From: Candidatus Binatia bacterium
Lineage (GTDB): Bacteria > Desulfobacterota > Binatia > Bin18
NCBI GenBank assembly: GCA_951812575.1
Contig: OX638322.1
Span: forward strand, 1,237,925-1,301,924
Direction of reading: 5' to 3'
DNA length: 64,000 nt
The notes beneath the pieces were generated by a model. That model made no database searches and was not told where the DNA came from. It was given only the letters and a program-made list of their open reading frames with translations. A program made the translations under genes and the position numbers. The first letter of the stretch is position 1; every line of letters begins with the position of its first letter. This document shows positions 52,700-62,429 of this stretch, piece by piece.

Positions 52700-53761
52700 A
52701 TGAAGAGTACACGTGTCCTCCAATCAGACAAAAAAGCTGAACGCGTTTACTCTGTGCGGAACGAGCGCGGCGTTATCCTGATTGTGGTCGTGTGGGCGCT
52801 GATGGTGCTCATGGTTGTGGCGATTGAGCTTGGCCGCACCGCCCGGGTGGAGGGGTTGAGTACCGATGTCTACCAACAGGAGGTCAAAACCTATTATTTA
52901 GCCGTAGCCGGACTGAACCGCGTCCTCTACCAGCTCATCCGAACGAGCCAGCAGGGCCGCACGCGCAATCTCCAAGACGAAGATCGGCTGGGCCCACGCG
53001 ACCGGCTGAGCGAGAATGATCCAGAGGAATGCCCGGACCTCTGGCTGCTCGGTGATGGCCAATGGAGAGACGAAGCGTATGGCGAGGGCGGGTATCAGGT
53101 TCGGGTCAGTGACGAGAGCGGCAAAATCAATATCAACCAGGCGGATGAGATTATTTTACGGCAAACCTTTACCAATCTGGACTTTGATCCGGACTTTGGG
53201 GATGCCCTGGCCGATGCGATCCTCGACTGGCGTGACCCGGACCCCTTGGAGCGGCTGAATGGGGTTGAGAGTGATTACTATCTGGCCCAGGACATTGCCT
53301 ACCCGGCCAAGGACGGACCGCTCGACACGATTGATGAGCTGCTGTTGATCCGTGATGTCAGCCAGGATCTCTTCTACAACACCCTGAACGAGGTGTTCAC
53401 GGTGTATGGCAATGCGCGCAGCGGCAATATGGCCAACACCCAAACCGCAAACGCCCTCGTGCTCCGGGCCATACAGGGAGTTGATGCGGAAACCGCGGAG
53501 GAAACGATCCGGCAAAGGCGCGAAAACTGCGGGGAAGAGTTCCTGGACGCGACCGCAGCACGGGGGGGACTGCCCACGATTGTCACTATAGAAAGCGTCG
53601 GCTATCTGAACACCGGACGCATCACCCGCCGGCTGGCCGGCGTGATTGACCGCACGGGAGGCCAGTCCCATCGGGTGCTGCGCTGGCATGACCGTCTGCC
53701 TTCGCAGGCCCTCCCGCTCAGAAAAGACGACTTTGAGGACGAGGAAGAGGGGTGGTTCTGA
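52700..53761 (+). CDS. gspK: GspK-like minor pseudopilin
   Basis: Start taken at MKSTRVL. The helix GVILIVVVWALMVLMVVAIEL lacks the G-F-T-L-E site, as is usual for GspK. ININ.A....L and the ~350-aa size fit. Confidence 0.55.
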   Translation: MKSTRVLQSDKKAERVYSVRNERGVILIVVVWALMVLMVVAIELGRTARVEGLSTDVYQQEVKTYYLAVAGLNRVLYQLIRTSQQGRTRNLQDEDRLGPRDRLSENDPEECPDLWLLGDGQWRDEAYGEGGYQVRVSDESGKININQADEIILRQTFTNLDFDPDFGDALADAILDWRDPDPLERLNGVESDYYLAQDIAYPAKDGPLDTIDELLLIRDVSQDLFYNTLNEVFTVYGNARSGNMANTQTANALVLRAIQGVDAETAEETIRQRRENCGEEFLDATAARGGLPTIVTIESVGYLNTGRITRRLAGVIDRTGGQSHRVLRWHDRLPSQALPLRKDDFEDEEEGWF

Positions 53762-53764
53762 GCC

Positions 53765-53882
53765 GGCCCTTCTCACCCCGCAATGCTTCCAATCGATTGC
53801 CGGGTGGTACCCGCAGGTCATCAAGCTGAGCGGCTGCCTCAATCGCCAGAAGCTTCGCCCGTGCCCGTCGCTGAATCTTCAT
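53765..53882 (-). pseudogene. HigB-like toxin remnant (central ~40 codons only)
   Basis: The minus-strand translation MKIQRRARAKLLAIEAAAQLDDLRVPPGNRLEALRGEKGR aligns with WRQARRRLEYIDLATRLEDLQVPPSNRLHKLSRDREGQ of the HigB at 29459. Similarity ends where it meets the gspK stop. It is below the ORF-track length cut-off. Confidence 0.5.
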
Positions 53883-54328
53883 AGGTAAGCCACGGACGGC
53901 GTAACCAGCAAAGACCGCCGCGGTGTGCTTGATAGCCCGAAGCCGAGGAGGACGCCTACCGCAGTGAACGCCTTGGCGTGATGGAACTCTTCCTTCGGCG
54001 CCTTGAGCTTAGCGGACATCCAGACGGCGGCGATCAGGAACGAAAGACAGGTGAGCACCTCGGTCACGATGATCGCGATGTACGCCCCGGTCTGGATTGC
54101 AGGGTTCGTAATGGCTCGCCAAGTGAGGGTTGGTCCGGGGAGGATGGTGTCCGTAGCAAGGACGTGCTGGACGAACGCCCGGTTGCTCTCGTAGTCGGTG
54201 AGGTTCCCAAGCGTAAACAGGAGCGCCCTCTGGGCGCTCCCTGCGGTAATCACAATCTTCGAGAGGCGGATAACGACTGGTCCGGCGTTCATTGCTCGGC
54301 AGAAAACTTCAACTTTTCTAGGCGTCAC
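53879..54328 (-). CDS. DUF2165-like small integral membrane protein
   Basis: NRAFVQHVLATDT...AYIAIIVTEVLTCLSFLIAAVWM, with several hydrophobic helices. The start is uncertain (MNAGP at 54292 is possible). Confidence 0.45.
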   Translation of the reverse strand: MTPRKVEVFCRAMNAGPVVIRLSKIVITAGSAQRALLFTLGNLTDYESNRAFVQHVLATDTILPGPTLTWRAITNPAIQTGAYIAIIVTEVLTCLSFLIAAVWMSAKLKAPKEEFHHAKAFTAVGVLLGFGLSSTPRRSLLVTPSVAYL

Positions 54329-54338
54329 TCAAGTAGTG

Positions 54339-54575
54339 TCACGCCTCCTCATCTTCCAGTTCCGCTTCCAGCAATTCCTCCTGTTCTTCCAGGCGGACCT
54401 GGAGGGTGCTCAGCGCTTCAAACACGGAACGCACCGCTGCCTGAAAATCCTCTTCGGCACTGACCACGCCGGCGGCCACGCGGGTCTCACAATCCTGACT
54501 CACCTCTGCAATGGACAGCTTGGCTGACTTCACCAGACCGATCCATTGACCGATAATCGCAAGTGCATCTTCCAT
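54339..54575 (-). CDS. Small acidic helical protein (hypothetical)
   Basis: 78 aa starting MEDALAIIGQW. AAGGAGG lies 6-8 nt upstream. The longer 188-aa ORF-track version overlaps the thiolase gene. Confidence 0.4.
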   Translation of the reverse strand: MEDALAIIGQWIGLVKSAKLSIAEVSQDCETRVAAGVVSAEEDFQAAVRSVFEALSTLQVRLEEQEELLEAELEDEEA

Positions 54576-54633
54576 CCGGTCTGCCTCCTTTGGTAGACTA
54601 GGAGCCCTCACATCTACAGGAAAGGGGAATGGT

Positions 54634-55836
54634 ATGCGACAGGTTGCACTCGTTGGAGCGGGGATGACGCGCTTTGGCAAACATATAGACCGCAGCATGA
54701 AGGATCTGGCCCGTGAGGCGATTGAAGGAGCCGTCCAATCGGCAGGGGTCACTCCGCAGGATATTGAGGCCGCGGCCGTGGGGAATGCGGTGGCCGGTCT
54801 GATCACCGGACAGGAGTGTATCCGGGGCCAGGTCGTGCTGCGCGAGCTCGGCATCGGCGGCATCCCGGTCATTAATACGGAAAACGCGTGCGCCAGCTCT
54901 TCCACCGCCTTTCATCTGGCCTGGCTCTATGTCGCGTCCGGGATGTATGAGGTCGTGCTCGCGCTCGGGATGGAAAAGCTCTTTCACCCGGATAAGCAGC
55001 GGACGTTCGAGGCGATTGGCAGCGCCATCGATCTTGAGCTGGCCGATACCTTTGCCAGAGAGATGAGCGGCGAGCAGAGCGTGGGGGCCGGTCAGTCCCG
55101 CAGCGTTTTCATGGACTATTATGCCAACCTCGCCCGCCAGCATATGCAGCGCTACGGCACGACGCGGGAACAGTTTGCCCGGATCGCCGCCAAGAATCAC
55201 ACCAACGGGAGCCTGAACCCGCACGCCCAGTATCAAACCAAGCGCTCGGTCGAGGATGTGCTGGCCGCGCCCCTCATCGCGGAGCCGCTCACCCGCATGA
55301 TGTGTTCCCCGATTGGCGATGGCGCGGCCGCGGTCCTGGTGACAACGGCCGATAAGGCCCGCCAACTCACCACCCAGCCCGTCTATGTCAAAGCCTCGAC
55401 TTTGGGTTCGAGTAATAAACAGGCGGTCGATTCCCCCGGCATCGTCCCGTCAGTCGCCCGCAAGGCGTACGAGCAGGCCGGGCTCGGGCCGGACGATCTC
55501 CAGGTGATCGAGGCCCACGACGCCACCGCGCCGGCCGAACTGCTGGTGTATGAGGAGTTGGGCCTGTGCCAAGCGGGCGAGGGCGGGAAACTCATCGACG
55601 AGGGCGTGACCCAGCTTGGTGGCCGCTGCCCGGTCAATCCAAGTGGCGGTCTCCTGGCCAAGGGGCATCCGGTCGGCGCGACCGGCGTTGCCCAGATCTG
55701 CGAAGTATTCTGGCAGCTCCGGGGCGAAGCGGGTGAGCGGCAGGTCGCCGGTGCCAGAGTCGGCCTGACCGAAAACGGCGGCGGCGTCCTTGACGGCGAA
55801 AACGCGGTCGCGTCCGTCCACGTGTTTAGCGTCTGA
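54634..55836 (+). CDS. Thiolase-family protein (SCP-x/lipid-transfer-type)
   Basis: VALVGAGMTRFGK, NACASSSTAF (active-site Cys), NPSGGL.AKGHP.GATG. Confidence 0.8.
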   Translation: MRQVALVGAGMTRFGKHIDRSMKDLAREAIEGAVQSAGVTPQDIEAAAVGNAVAGLITGQECIRGQVVLRELGIGGIPVINTENACASSSTAFHLAWLYVASGMYEVVLALGMEKLFHPDKQRTFEAIGSAIDLELADTFAREMSGEQSVGAGQSRSVFMDYYANLARQHMQRYGTTREQFARIAAKNHTNGSLNPHAQYQTKRSVEDVLAAPLIAEPLTRMMCSPIGDGAAAVLVTTADKARQLTTQPVYVKASTLGSSNKQAVDSPGIVPSVARKAYEQAGLGPDDLQVIEAHDATAPAELLVYEELGLCQAGEGGKLIDEGVTQLGGRCPVNPSGGLLAKGHPVGATGVAQICEVFWQLRGEAGERQVAGARVGLTENGGGVLDGENAVASVHVFSV

Positions 55837-55852
55837 TCGCTCAAAAGAAAAA

Positions 55853-55923
55853 GGCTCGCAGGGGAAAGGAGGGGAAACCTGCGAGCCTTGAACCATCGTC
55901 AGGACGGGGAGGACCTGACGATG
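55853..55923 (+). terminator. Two consecutive 10-bp-stem hairpins after the thiolase gene
   Basis: GGCTCGCAGG(55853-62)/CCTGCGAGCC(55878-87) and CATCGTCAGG(55894-903)/CCTGACGATG(55914-23). No clear U-tract follows. An AT-rich convergent spacer lies downstream. Confidence 0.4.
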
Positions 55924-56072
55924 ATGACCTGAACGATTTGTTCAATAAGGAGAACTATAGCCGAGGTAACCAACTTTAACAAGATAAGTTAACCTGAATT
56001 AAATTTGTTTTACTTATAAGGATAACTTATATAGGGTAGTCATTCCAGCGCTGCCTTCGTTATCTTCAACTT

Positions 56073-57359
56073 TCAGAATAGGATCTGGGTCTGCACCCGG
56101 AGGCGGTCGGCACTCGTACTCTTGCCCACAAACGGGTCGCCATCCAGAAAGCTGTAGTCCACCTGGAGTTTGACCCCATGCCCGTACAGATAATAATTCA
56201 GTCCTCCCGTGTACTCTCGCATATCCCCCGCCGTCCTCGGGTTATTGGCAACCTGAAAGTCCACACCGGAGACGCGGCCGGCAAGCTCCAGCTTGTCCGT
56301 GAGATAGTACCCAATCTGGCCGTAGTAGCCCCAGTCGTGGCCAATCTCGTTGAGAGCTTCGAGGTTATTACGACGGTAATAGCCCGCGGCCTGAACACTG
56401 AGACCTTGATAACGGAAGCCGCCGTCGATGGTGACGTTGGTCGTGCGGTCGCCGGACATCACGTTCTGAAAGCGAGAGGCCTGATCGACCGGGTTAAAGG
56501 CCGCGGCAATCCCCAGGGATAGTTGCGGGTCCAGGGCCGGAGTTGGGGAACTTTCCAGATAGCCGTAGGGATCAAGGATGTCGTATTCCAGCCGTCCCTG
56601 CCAGGCGACTTCGGCGCCGGCGTTCTGTTGTCCGCTCGCGTCCAGGGCTCGGATACTATTTGTGGCCAGCGCGTGATAGGACAGCCGACCGACTTTCCCA
56701 CTGATGTACAGGCCAATCGCCCGGTGTAAATTAAAGGCATAATCCGCTTCGGATAAGTCCGGGAACAGCAGGCGGCCCGGGTGTGCGTAGAACTGACGAC
56801 TGTAGGGCAGGAGAAAGCGACCGGCTTGTGCCCTCAGGTATGGGGAGTGGCTATACTGCATCCACCAGTCGAGCAGGGTCGATCGGTTACTGTTGCCGAG
56901 AGTGGTTGTTTCGTACTGAAAGAAATATTTGACTTTGGGATCAAAGACATTCCCGGAAAACGCCAAGTGTGCCAGGGCCACGTCGAAATTATTGCGGCTT
57001 CGTCCGGCATCCGGGGCCGTCAGCGTATAGCGGGCTTGCAGGAAGCCGTTGAGGGTGAGCGAGTAGCGCCCATCCTTGCTGCGGATAAAAAACCCCTTGT
57101 CATACACATCCTCCGCTGCAAAGCCTTGCTTGCGAACGCCTGCCGCGTAACCAAACCCAACCTTTTGCTCGGTCCGTTCCTGCTCTTTGGCTTCCAGCTC
57201 TCGCATACGGCGTTCCAGGGCCTGCATGACCTTGTGCTGCTCGGTGAGTTGTTGGCGTAACTCGCTGAGTTCATCGGCCAGCACCGGAGTCGCCAGAGTG
57301 CTGATAACAAGACTGGTAATAAGACGGACCCGGACGACAAAACCTCCTCTTCCTCTCAT
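56073..57359 (-). CDS. Outer-membrane porin (OprO/P-like)
   Basis: Start at MRGRGG preceded by AAGGAGGG. Signal peptide ...STLATPVLA. N-terminal coiled coil LSELRQQLTEQHKVMQALERRMRELEAKE. Alternating beta-strand pattern and a C-terminal ...VQTQILF. Confidence 0.6.
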   Translation of the reverse strand: MRGRGGFVVRVRLITSLVISTLATPVLADELSELRQQLTEQHKVMQALERRMRELEAKEQERTEQKVGFGYAAGVRKQGFAAEDVYDKGFFIRSKDGRYSLTLNGFLQARYTLTAPDAGRSRNNFDVALAHLAFSGNVFDPKVKYFFQYETTTLGNSNRSTLLDWWMQYSHSPYLRAQAGRFLLPYSRQFYAHPGRLLFPDLSEADYAFNLHRAIGLYISGKVGRLSYHALATNSIRALDASGQQNAGAEVAWQGRLEYDILDPYGYLESSPTPALDPQLSLGIAAAFNPVDQASRFQNVMSGDRTTNVTIDGGFRYQGLSVQAAGYYRRNNLEALNEIGHDWGYYGQIGYYLTDKLELAGRVSGVDFQVANNPRTAGDMREYTGGLNYYLYGHGVKLQVDYSFLDGDPFVGKSTSADRLRVQTQILF

Positions 57360-57592
57360 ATCCGTACTCCCTCCTTCCTTTCGGCGGTGAGGCGACCCTG
57401 AGAGCTCAATGCGAAACTGTACCGGGGATAAAAACGCGGGGGGGCGGGCCGCTCCCACGGGCTCCCAGCCGCGGAAAAGACATCATGACGTAATCTATCT
57501 ACGGGAGCGATAGCTACGCAATCTTCAGCGCCAGAGTCAGTCTGACCGAAAAGGCCCGCAGGGGAGAGAAATCTACGAACCTTTTTGTCTCG

Positions 57593-59311
57593 TCAGAAGA
57601 GAAAATAGCGTTGGGCGAGGGGCAGGACCTGGGCCGGTTCACAGGTGAGTATTTCACCGTCGGCTTTCACGACGTAGGTCTCCGGGTTGACCTCTATGTC
57701 CGGCAGGGCCTGATTGTGGACCAGGTCTTTTTTTCCGACACTCCGACAGCCCTGGACCGGGACGAGCGGCTTCTGGAGCCGTAAGCGCTGGCCCAGGCCG
57801 TTTTCGTAGGCGGCGCGCGAGACAAAACTCACGGACAGCGAGGCCGGGGCCCGCCCCAGGTGGCCAAACATCGGCCGTCCGAACACCGGTTGGGGGGTCG
57901 GAATGGAGGCGTTGGGATCACCCATCGCCGCCCAGGCAATGAAGCCGCCCTTGAGAATCAGTTCCGGCTTGACGCCAAAAAACTTCGGCTCCCACACCAC
58001 CAAGTCGGCCAGCTTACCCACCTCAATCGATCCCACCTGCTGGGCGATACCGTGGGTCAGGGCCGGGTTGATGGTGTATTTGGCAATATAACGCTTGACC
58101 CGAAAATTATCGTTTTCCCCTGTCTCTTCCGGTAAGCGACCGCGTTGGACTCGCATCTTATGGGCGGTCTGCCAGGTGCGGAGAATCACTTCCCCAACGC
58201 GGCCCATGGCCTGCGAGTCCGACGCCATCATACTGAAGGCACCCAGATCGTGCAGCACGTCCTCGGCCGCAATCGTTTCCGGTCGAATACGCGATTCGGC
58301 AAAGGCCACGTCTTCGGGAACACCGGGGTCCAGATGGTGGCAGACCATCAGCATGTCGAGGTGTTCGTCTATGGTGTTGACAGTGAAGGGCCGGGTCGGG
58401 TTGGTTGACGACGGCAGGACGTTCGGGAACCCGCACACCTTGATGATATCCGGCGCATGTCCCCCGCCTGCTCCCTCGGTATGGTAGGTGTGGATCGCGC
58501 GGCCCTTAAACGCCGCAATCGTATCCTCGACATAGCCGGTTTCGTTTAAGGTATCGGTGTGGATGGCGACCTGGACGTCATAGTCGTCGGCCACGGAGAG
58601 CGCACAATCAATCGCGGCAGGCGTCGAGCCCCAGTCTTCGTGGAGTTTGAGCCCCATGGCACCGGCTTCGAGCTGCTCGCGTAGGGCCTCGGGACGAGAG
58701 GCATTGCCCTTGCCCAGAAAACCCAGATTCATGGGAAAGTCCTCGATCGATTCGAGCATACGGGCGATGTTCCACGGCCCCGGTGTACAGGTGGTCGCGT
58801 TGGTGCCGGTGGCCGGGCCAGTCCCACCGCCAAACATCGTGGTGATGCCCGACGCCAGCGCTTCGGTGATCTGTTGGGGACAGATAAAATGAATATGCGC
58901 GTCAATACCACCCGCAGTCAGAATCTTCCCTTCTCCGGCCAGAATTTCCGTCCCAGGGCCAATGACCAGTTCGGGCGAGACGCCCTCCATCAGGAGGGGG
59001 TTACCGGCTTTACCGATGCCGCAAATTCGGCCGTCTTTCACCCCGACATCGGCTTTCACAATGCCCCAGTGGTCAATCACGGTCGCATTGGTAATCACCA
59101 GATCCGGCGCGCCTTGAACCGAGGTTTGGACGGGTGACTGGCCCATACCGTCGCGAATGACTTTGCCGCCACCGAACTTTACCTCATCCCCGAGTTGCGT
59201 ATGGTCCTGCTCGACCTCAATCACCAGGTCGGTATCGGCCAGCCGGACCCGGTCGCCAACGGTCGGCCCGAACATTTCGGCATACCGACGGTGTTCCATC
59301 GTTCGACTCAT
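57593..59311 (-). CDS. ureC: Urease alpha subunit
   Basis: [52 protein letters not shown] and MVCHHL. 572 aa, i.e. alpha only. Confidence 0.95.
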   Translation of the reverse strand: MSRTMEHRRYAEMFGPTVGDRVRLADTDLVIEVEQDHTQLGDEVKFGGGKVIRDGMGQSPVQTSVQGAPDLVITNATVIDHWGIVKADVGVKDGRICGIGKAGNPLLMEGVSPELVIGPGTEILAGEGKILTAGGIDAHIHFICPQQITEALASGITTMFGGGTGPATGTNATTCTPGPWNIARMLESIEDFPMNLGFLGKGNASRPEALREQLEAGAMGLKLHEDWGSTPAAIDCALSVADDYDVQVAIHTDTLNETGYVEDTIAAFKGRAIHTYHTEGAGGGHAPDIIKVCGFPNVLPSSTNPTRPFTVNTIDEHLDMLMVCHHLDPGVPEDVAFAESRIRPETIAAEDVLHDLGAFSMMASDSQAMGRVGEVILRTWQTAHKMRVQRGRLPEETGENDNFRVKRYIAKYTINPALTHGIAQQVGSIEVGKLADLVVWEPKFFGVKPELILKGGFIAWAAMGDPNASIPTPQPVFGRPMFGHLGRAPASLSVSFVSRAAYENGLGQRLRLQKPLVPVQGCRSVGKKDLVHNQALPDIEVNPETYVVKADGEILTCEPAQVLPLAQRYFLF

Positions 59312-59328
59312 CCGTCCCTCCTCACCTC

Positions 59329-59379
59329 AAGAGGGAACGTGTCTTTCAATAGACTAAAGATGGACACGTTCCCTCTTTC
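59329..59379. repeat. ~55-bp palindromic interspersed element, copy e (fills the ureA-ureC spacer)
   Basis: AAGAGGGAACGTGTC-loop-GACACGTTCCCTCTTTC. Abuts the ureA stop codon. Confidence 0.85.
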
Positions 59380-59681
59380 TAGCGTATCGGCCGGTGGACG
59401 CTGACCAGCTTGGTCCCGTCTGGAAAGGTGGCCTCGACCTGCACCAGATCAATCATCTCGGCCACCCCGTCCATCACATCGTCCCGGCCAAGGATGGTCG
59501 CGCCGTACGACATGAGTTCCGACACGGATTGCCCGTCCCGAGCTCCTTCCAGCACCGCACTGGTAATCAGAGCCATGGCTTCGGGATAGTTCAGCTTCAA
59601 CCCGCGCGCCCGTCGTTCCCGGGCCAGTTGGGCGGCGAGATAGATCATCAGCTTCTCTTGTTCGTGCGGAGTAAAATGCAT
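59379..59681 (-). CDS. ureA: Urease gamma subunit
   Basis: [39 protein letters not shown]...[16 protein letters not shown]. 100 aa. Confidence 0.95.
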   Translation of the reverse strand: MHFTPHEQEKLMIYLAAQLARERRARGLKLNYPEAMALITSAVLEGARDGQSVSELMSYGATILGRDDVMDGVAEMIDLVQVEATFPDGTKLVSVHRPIR

Positions 59682-59692
59682 AGAGCGAGAGC

Positions 59693-60388
59693 CTAGACTG
59701 ATAAATGCTGCCGGACAATATCATCCGTCAAGGCGGTGATGGGTCCGTCGGCCACTACACTGCCCTTTTCCATCACGGCAAAGGCATCCGCCACCCGGCG
59801 GGCAAAGGAGAGCTTCTGCTCAACTAACAGAATGGTCAGGTTTTCCTCTTGGTTGAGCCGTAGCAGGATATCGCCGATCTCCTGGACGATATTCGGCTGA
59901 ATGCCCTCGGTGGGCTCATCCAGAATCAGCAGCTTCGGGTTCAGGACCAGGGCACGGCCTATGGCCAACTGCTGCTGCTGTCCGCCGGATAGATCCCCGC
60001 CCCGCCGTCCGAGCATTTGCTCGAGCACGGGGAAATAGTGGAACACCGACTCGGGGATAGCCCCGACCGCATCACGGCGCGCCGGCAGGCCGATGCGCAG
60101 GTTTTCCTCAACGGTCAGTTGCGAAAAGATCTCGCGGCCCTGGGGAACGTAGCCGATGCCGAGGTGCGCCCGCAGCGCAGCCGGACGACGCGCCAACTCG
60201 GTGTCCTCAAACTGGAGACTGCCGGAGGCGATGGGCAAGATGCCCATGATGGTCTTGAGTAGCGTGGTCTTGCCGACCCCGTTCCGGCCCATCAGGCAGG
60301 TGCAGGACCCGGCCGGGATGTGAAGGTCAACATCCCATAAGATGTGACTCTCGCCGTAATATTGATTCAGGTCCTGAATGCGGATCAT
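59693..60388 (-). CDS. urtE: Urea ABC transporter ATP-binding protein
   Basis: [28 protein letters not shown]. Branched-chain-type ABC ATPase immediately upstream of ureA. Confidence 0.8.
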   Translation of the reverse strand: MIRIQDLNQYYGESHILWDVDLHIPAGSCTCLMGRNGVGKTTLLKTIMGILPIASGSLQFEDTELARRPAALRAHLGIGYVPQGREIFSQLTVEENLRIGLPARRDAVGAIPESVFHYFPVLEQMLGRRGGDLSGGQQQQLAIGRALVLNPKLLILDEPTEGIQPNIVQEIGDILLRLNQEENLTILLVEQKLSFARRVADAFAVMEKGSVVADGPITALTDDIVRQHLSV

Positions 60389-60404
60389 CGTCGTCCTCGG
60401 CCGG

Positions 60405-61229
60405 CTAGGCTCCCAAATAGACCTCGACCACCCGGGGGTCGCTCTGCACCTCTTCCATACTGCCCTCGGCCAGGACGCTGCCCTCGTGCAAGACCGTCAC
60501 CGTCCGGGCCAGACTGCGGACAAACTCCATGTCGTGTTCGACAACCACGACGGTGTGTTTGCCAGCCAGCGACACCAGCAATTCGGCCGTGCGTTCGGTC
60601 TCCTGGTGGGTCATACCGGCCACGGGCTCGTCCACCAACAATAACTGCGGATCTTGAATCAGCAGCATGCCGAGTTCCAACCACTGCTTTTGTCCGTGTG
60701 AGAGTAACCCGGCGCGGGTGTAGAGCTGATCGAGGAGGCCGATCGTGTCAGCGGTCGAGGCAATGCGCTCGTGTTGCGTCCGGCTCAGCCGGGCGAGCAG
60801 GCTGTGCCACACCTTTTTACTCGCCTGCATGGCCAGCTCGAGGTTTTCGAAAACGGTATGGCCGTGGAAGACGGTCGGGCGCTGAAACTTCCGGCCGATT
60901 CCGGCCAGGGCGATTTCGTATTCCGAGAGGAGCGTCAGGTCCAGGTTATTGCCAAAAAACACCGTACCGGTATCCGGCCGGGTCTTGCCGGTGATGACGT
61001 CCAGCAGCGTTGTTTTACCGGCCCCGTTGGGGCCAATCAGGCAGCGCAGCTCGCCGGCGTTGAGATACAGCGTCAGCCCATTCAGGGCTTTCAGGCCATC
61101 AAAGCTCACCGTCACCTCTTCAGCGTAGAGAATGACGCCGTGGCTGGTATCCAGTCCGGGCCGAGCCACATGGGCCATCGACGGGCTACCGCCCTGATCG
61201 ATTGTTTCCTCCGGTATATCCCGATTCAT
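60405..61229 (-). CDS. urtD: Urea ABC transporter ATP-binding protein
   Basis: GPNGAGKTT, LSHGQKQWLE, LLLVDEPVAGM. Confidence 0.8.
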   Translation of the reverse strand: MNRDIPEETIDQGGSPSMAHVARPGLDTSHGVILYAEEVTVSFDGLKALNGLTLYLNAGELRCLIGPNGAGKTTLLDVITGKTRPDTGTVFFGNNLDLTLLSEYEIALAGIGRKFQRPTVFHGHTVFENLELAMQASKKVWHSLLARLSRTQHERIASTADTIGLLDQLYTRAGLLSHGQKQWLELGMLLIQDPQLLLVDEPVAGMTHQETERTAELLVSLAGKHTVVVVEHDMEFVRSLARTVTVLHEGSVLAEGSMEEVQSDPRVVEVYLGA

Positions 61230-61240
61230 CTGACCGGCAC

Positions 61241-62425
61241 CTATCCCGTCGTCTCACCGGTCTGTCGACGCAAGAGACCGGCCACACCACGGGGGAGAAA
61301 GAGGGTGACGACAATAAACATCGCACCGAGAATATACAGCCACAGATAGGGAAACGCAGCCGTACACCAGCTTTTGACACCATTGACCAAAAAGGCACCG
61401 AGCAGAGCGCCGGACAGGGTACCACGACCACCGACCGCGACCCAGATAGCCATCTCAATGGAATTGGCGGGCTGCATCTCGCTGGGGTTAATAATCCCGA
61501 CCTGGGGGACGTACAGCGCGCCCGCCAAACCGCACAGCACCGCGGACAGGGTCCACAGGAAGAGTTTATAGCCATGTGGGTTATAGCCGCAGAACATCAA
61601 ACGGCTCTCCGCATCGCGCACGGCCATGAGTACCCGCCCCAGCTTCGACGTGACCAGATAGCGGCAGGCCAGATAGGCGAGCACGAGGACCACTACAGAG
61701 ATCACGTAGAGCCCCAGCCTGGTCGTCGGCTCTTGCAGCGAAAACCCGAGCAGACGCTTAAAATCGGTCAGGCCGTTATTCCCGCCGAATCCGGTGTCGT
61801 TGCGGAAAAACAACAGCATCAGCGCGTAGGTCATAGCCTGGGTAATGATAGAGAAATAGACCCCTCGAATCCGCGAGCGAAAGGCAAAAAACCCAAAGAT
61901 ATAGGCCAGTATTCCAGGGACGAAGAGCGCCATCCCCAGGGCAAACCCAAAGTTGCTGAACCCATACCAGTACCATGGCAGTTCCTTCCAATCGAGAAAG
62001 ACCATGAAGTCGGGCAGTTCGCTTCGATAGACCCCCTCCGTCCCGATGGCCCGCATCAGGTACATCCCCATGGCATAGCCGCCCAGCGCAAAGAACACGC
62101 CGTGTCCCAGGCTGAGAATGCCGGCATACCCCCAGATCAGATCCACGGCCAGGGCAACCAGGGCATAGCACATGAACTTGCCGAGCAGCGGGATGAGATA
62201 GTCCGGGAAGTGGAACGCCGAGTCAGCGGGCAGAAGATTCAGGCCGGGAATGACAATCACCCCAAGGAAGAAGAGCAGCCCGATCAGGCTCCACTCGCCT
62301 CGGGTATGAAGCCGCAGCAGAGACGTCAGCACGGAGCCGGACTGCTCAGGCTGCTCCGCTGGCCGCGCCGACGGGTCGGCCACCAGCGGCTCTGGGGAGG
62401 TCTCAGACAATGAAGAACTCACCAC
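61241..62425 (-). CDS. urtC: Urea ABC transporter permease
   Basis: LIWGYAGILSLGHGVFFALGGY, LivM-type permease. GTG 62425 (or 62422) lies just after the urtB stop. The ORF-track extension to 62989 overlaps urtB. Confidence 0.75.
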   Translation of the reverse strand: MVSSSLSETSPEPLVADPSARPAEQPEQSGSVLTSLLRLHTRGEWSLIGLLFFLGVIVIPGLNLLPADSAFHFPDYLIPLLGKFMCYALVALAVDLIWGYAGILSLGHGVFFALGGYAMGMYLMRAIGTEGVYRSELPDFMVFLDWKELPWYWYGFSNFGFALGMALFVPGILAYIFGFFAFRSRIRGVYFSIITQAMTYALMLLFFRNDTGFGGNNGLTDFKRLLGFSLQEPTTRLGLYVISVVVLVLAYLACRYLVTSKLGRVLMAVRDAESRLMFCGYNPHGYKLFLWTLSAVLCGLAGALYVPQVGIINPSEMQPANSIEMAIWVAVGGRGTLSGALLGAFLVNGVKSWCTAAFPYLWLYILGAMFIVVTLFLPRGVAGLLRRQTGETTG

Positions 62426-62429
62426 CGAC

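Noticed and set aside
57360-57592. Riboswitch or sRNA in the 233-bp spacer between ureC and the porin gene
   Set aside because: I found only a GC-rich tract followed by a T-run (minus strand, ~57430-57475), with no clean stem and no recognisable riboswitch consensus. That is insufficient evidence.
59312-59378. A tiny or fused ureB hidden in the ureA-ureC spacer
   Set aside because: The spacer is 67 nt and is occupied by a palindromic element. UreA and UreC have normal lengths and termini, so no beta module is encoded here.
61202-62413. 403-aa + strand ORF opposite urtC, and the urtC ORF-track extension to 62989
   Set aside because: The former is a shadow ORF. The latter overlaps urtB by ~560 nt, and a GTG start right after the urtB stop gives a normal-length UrtC.
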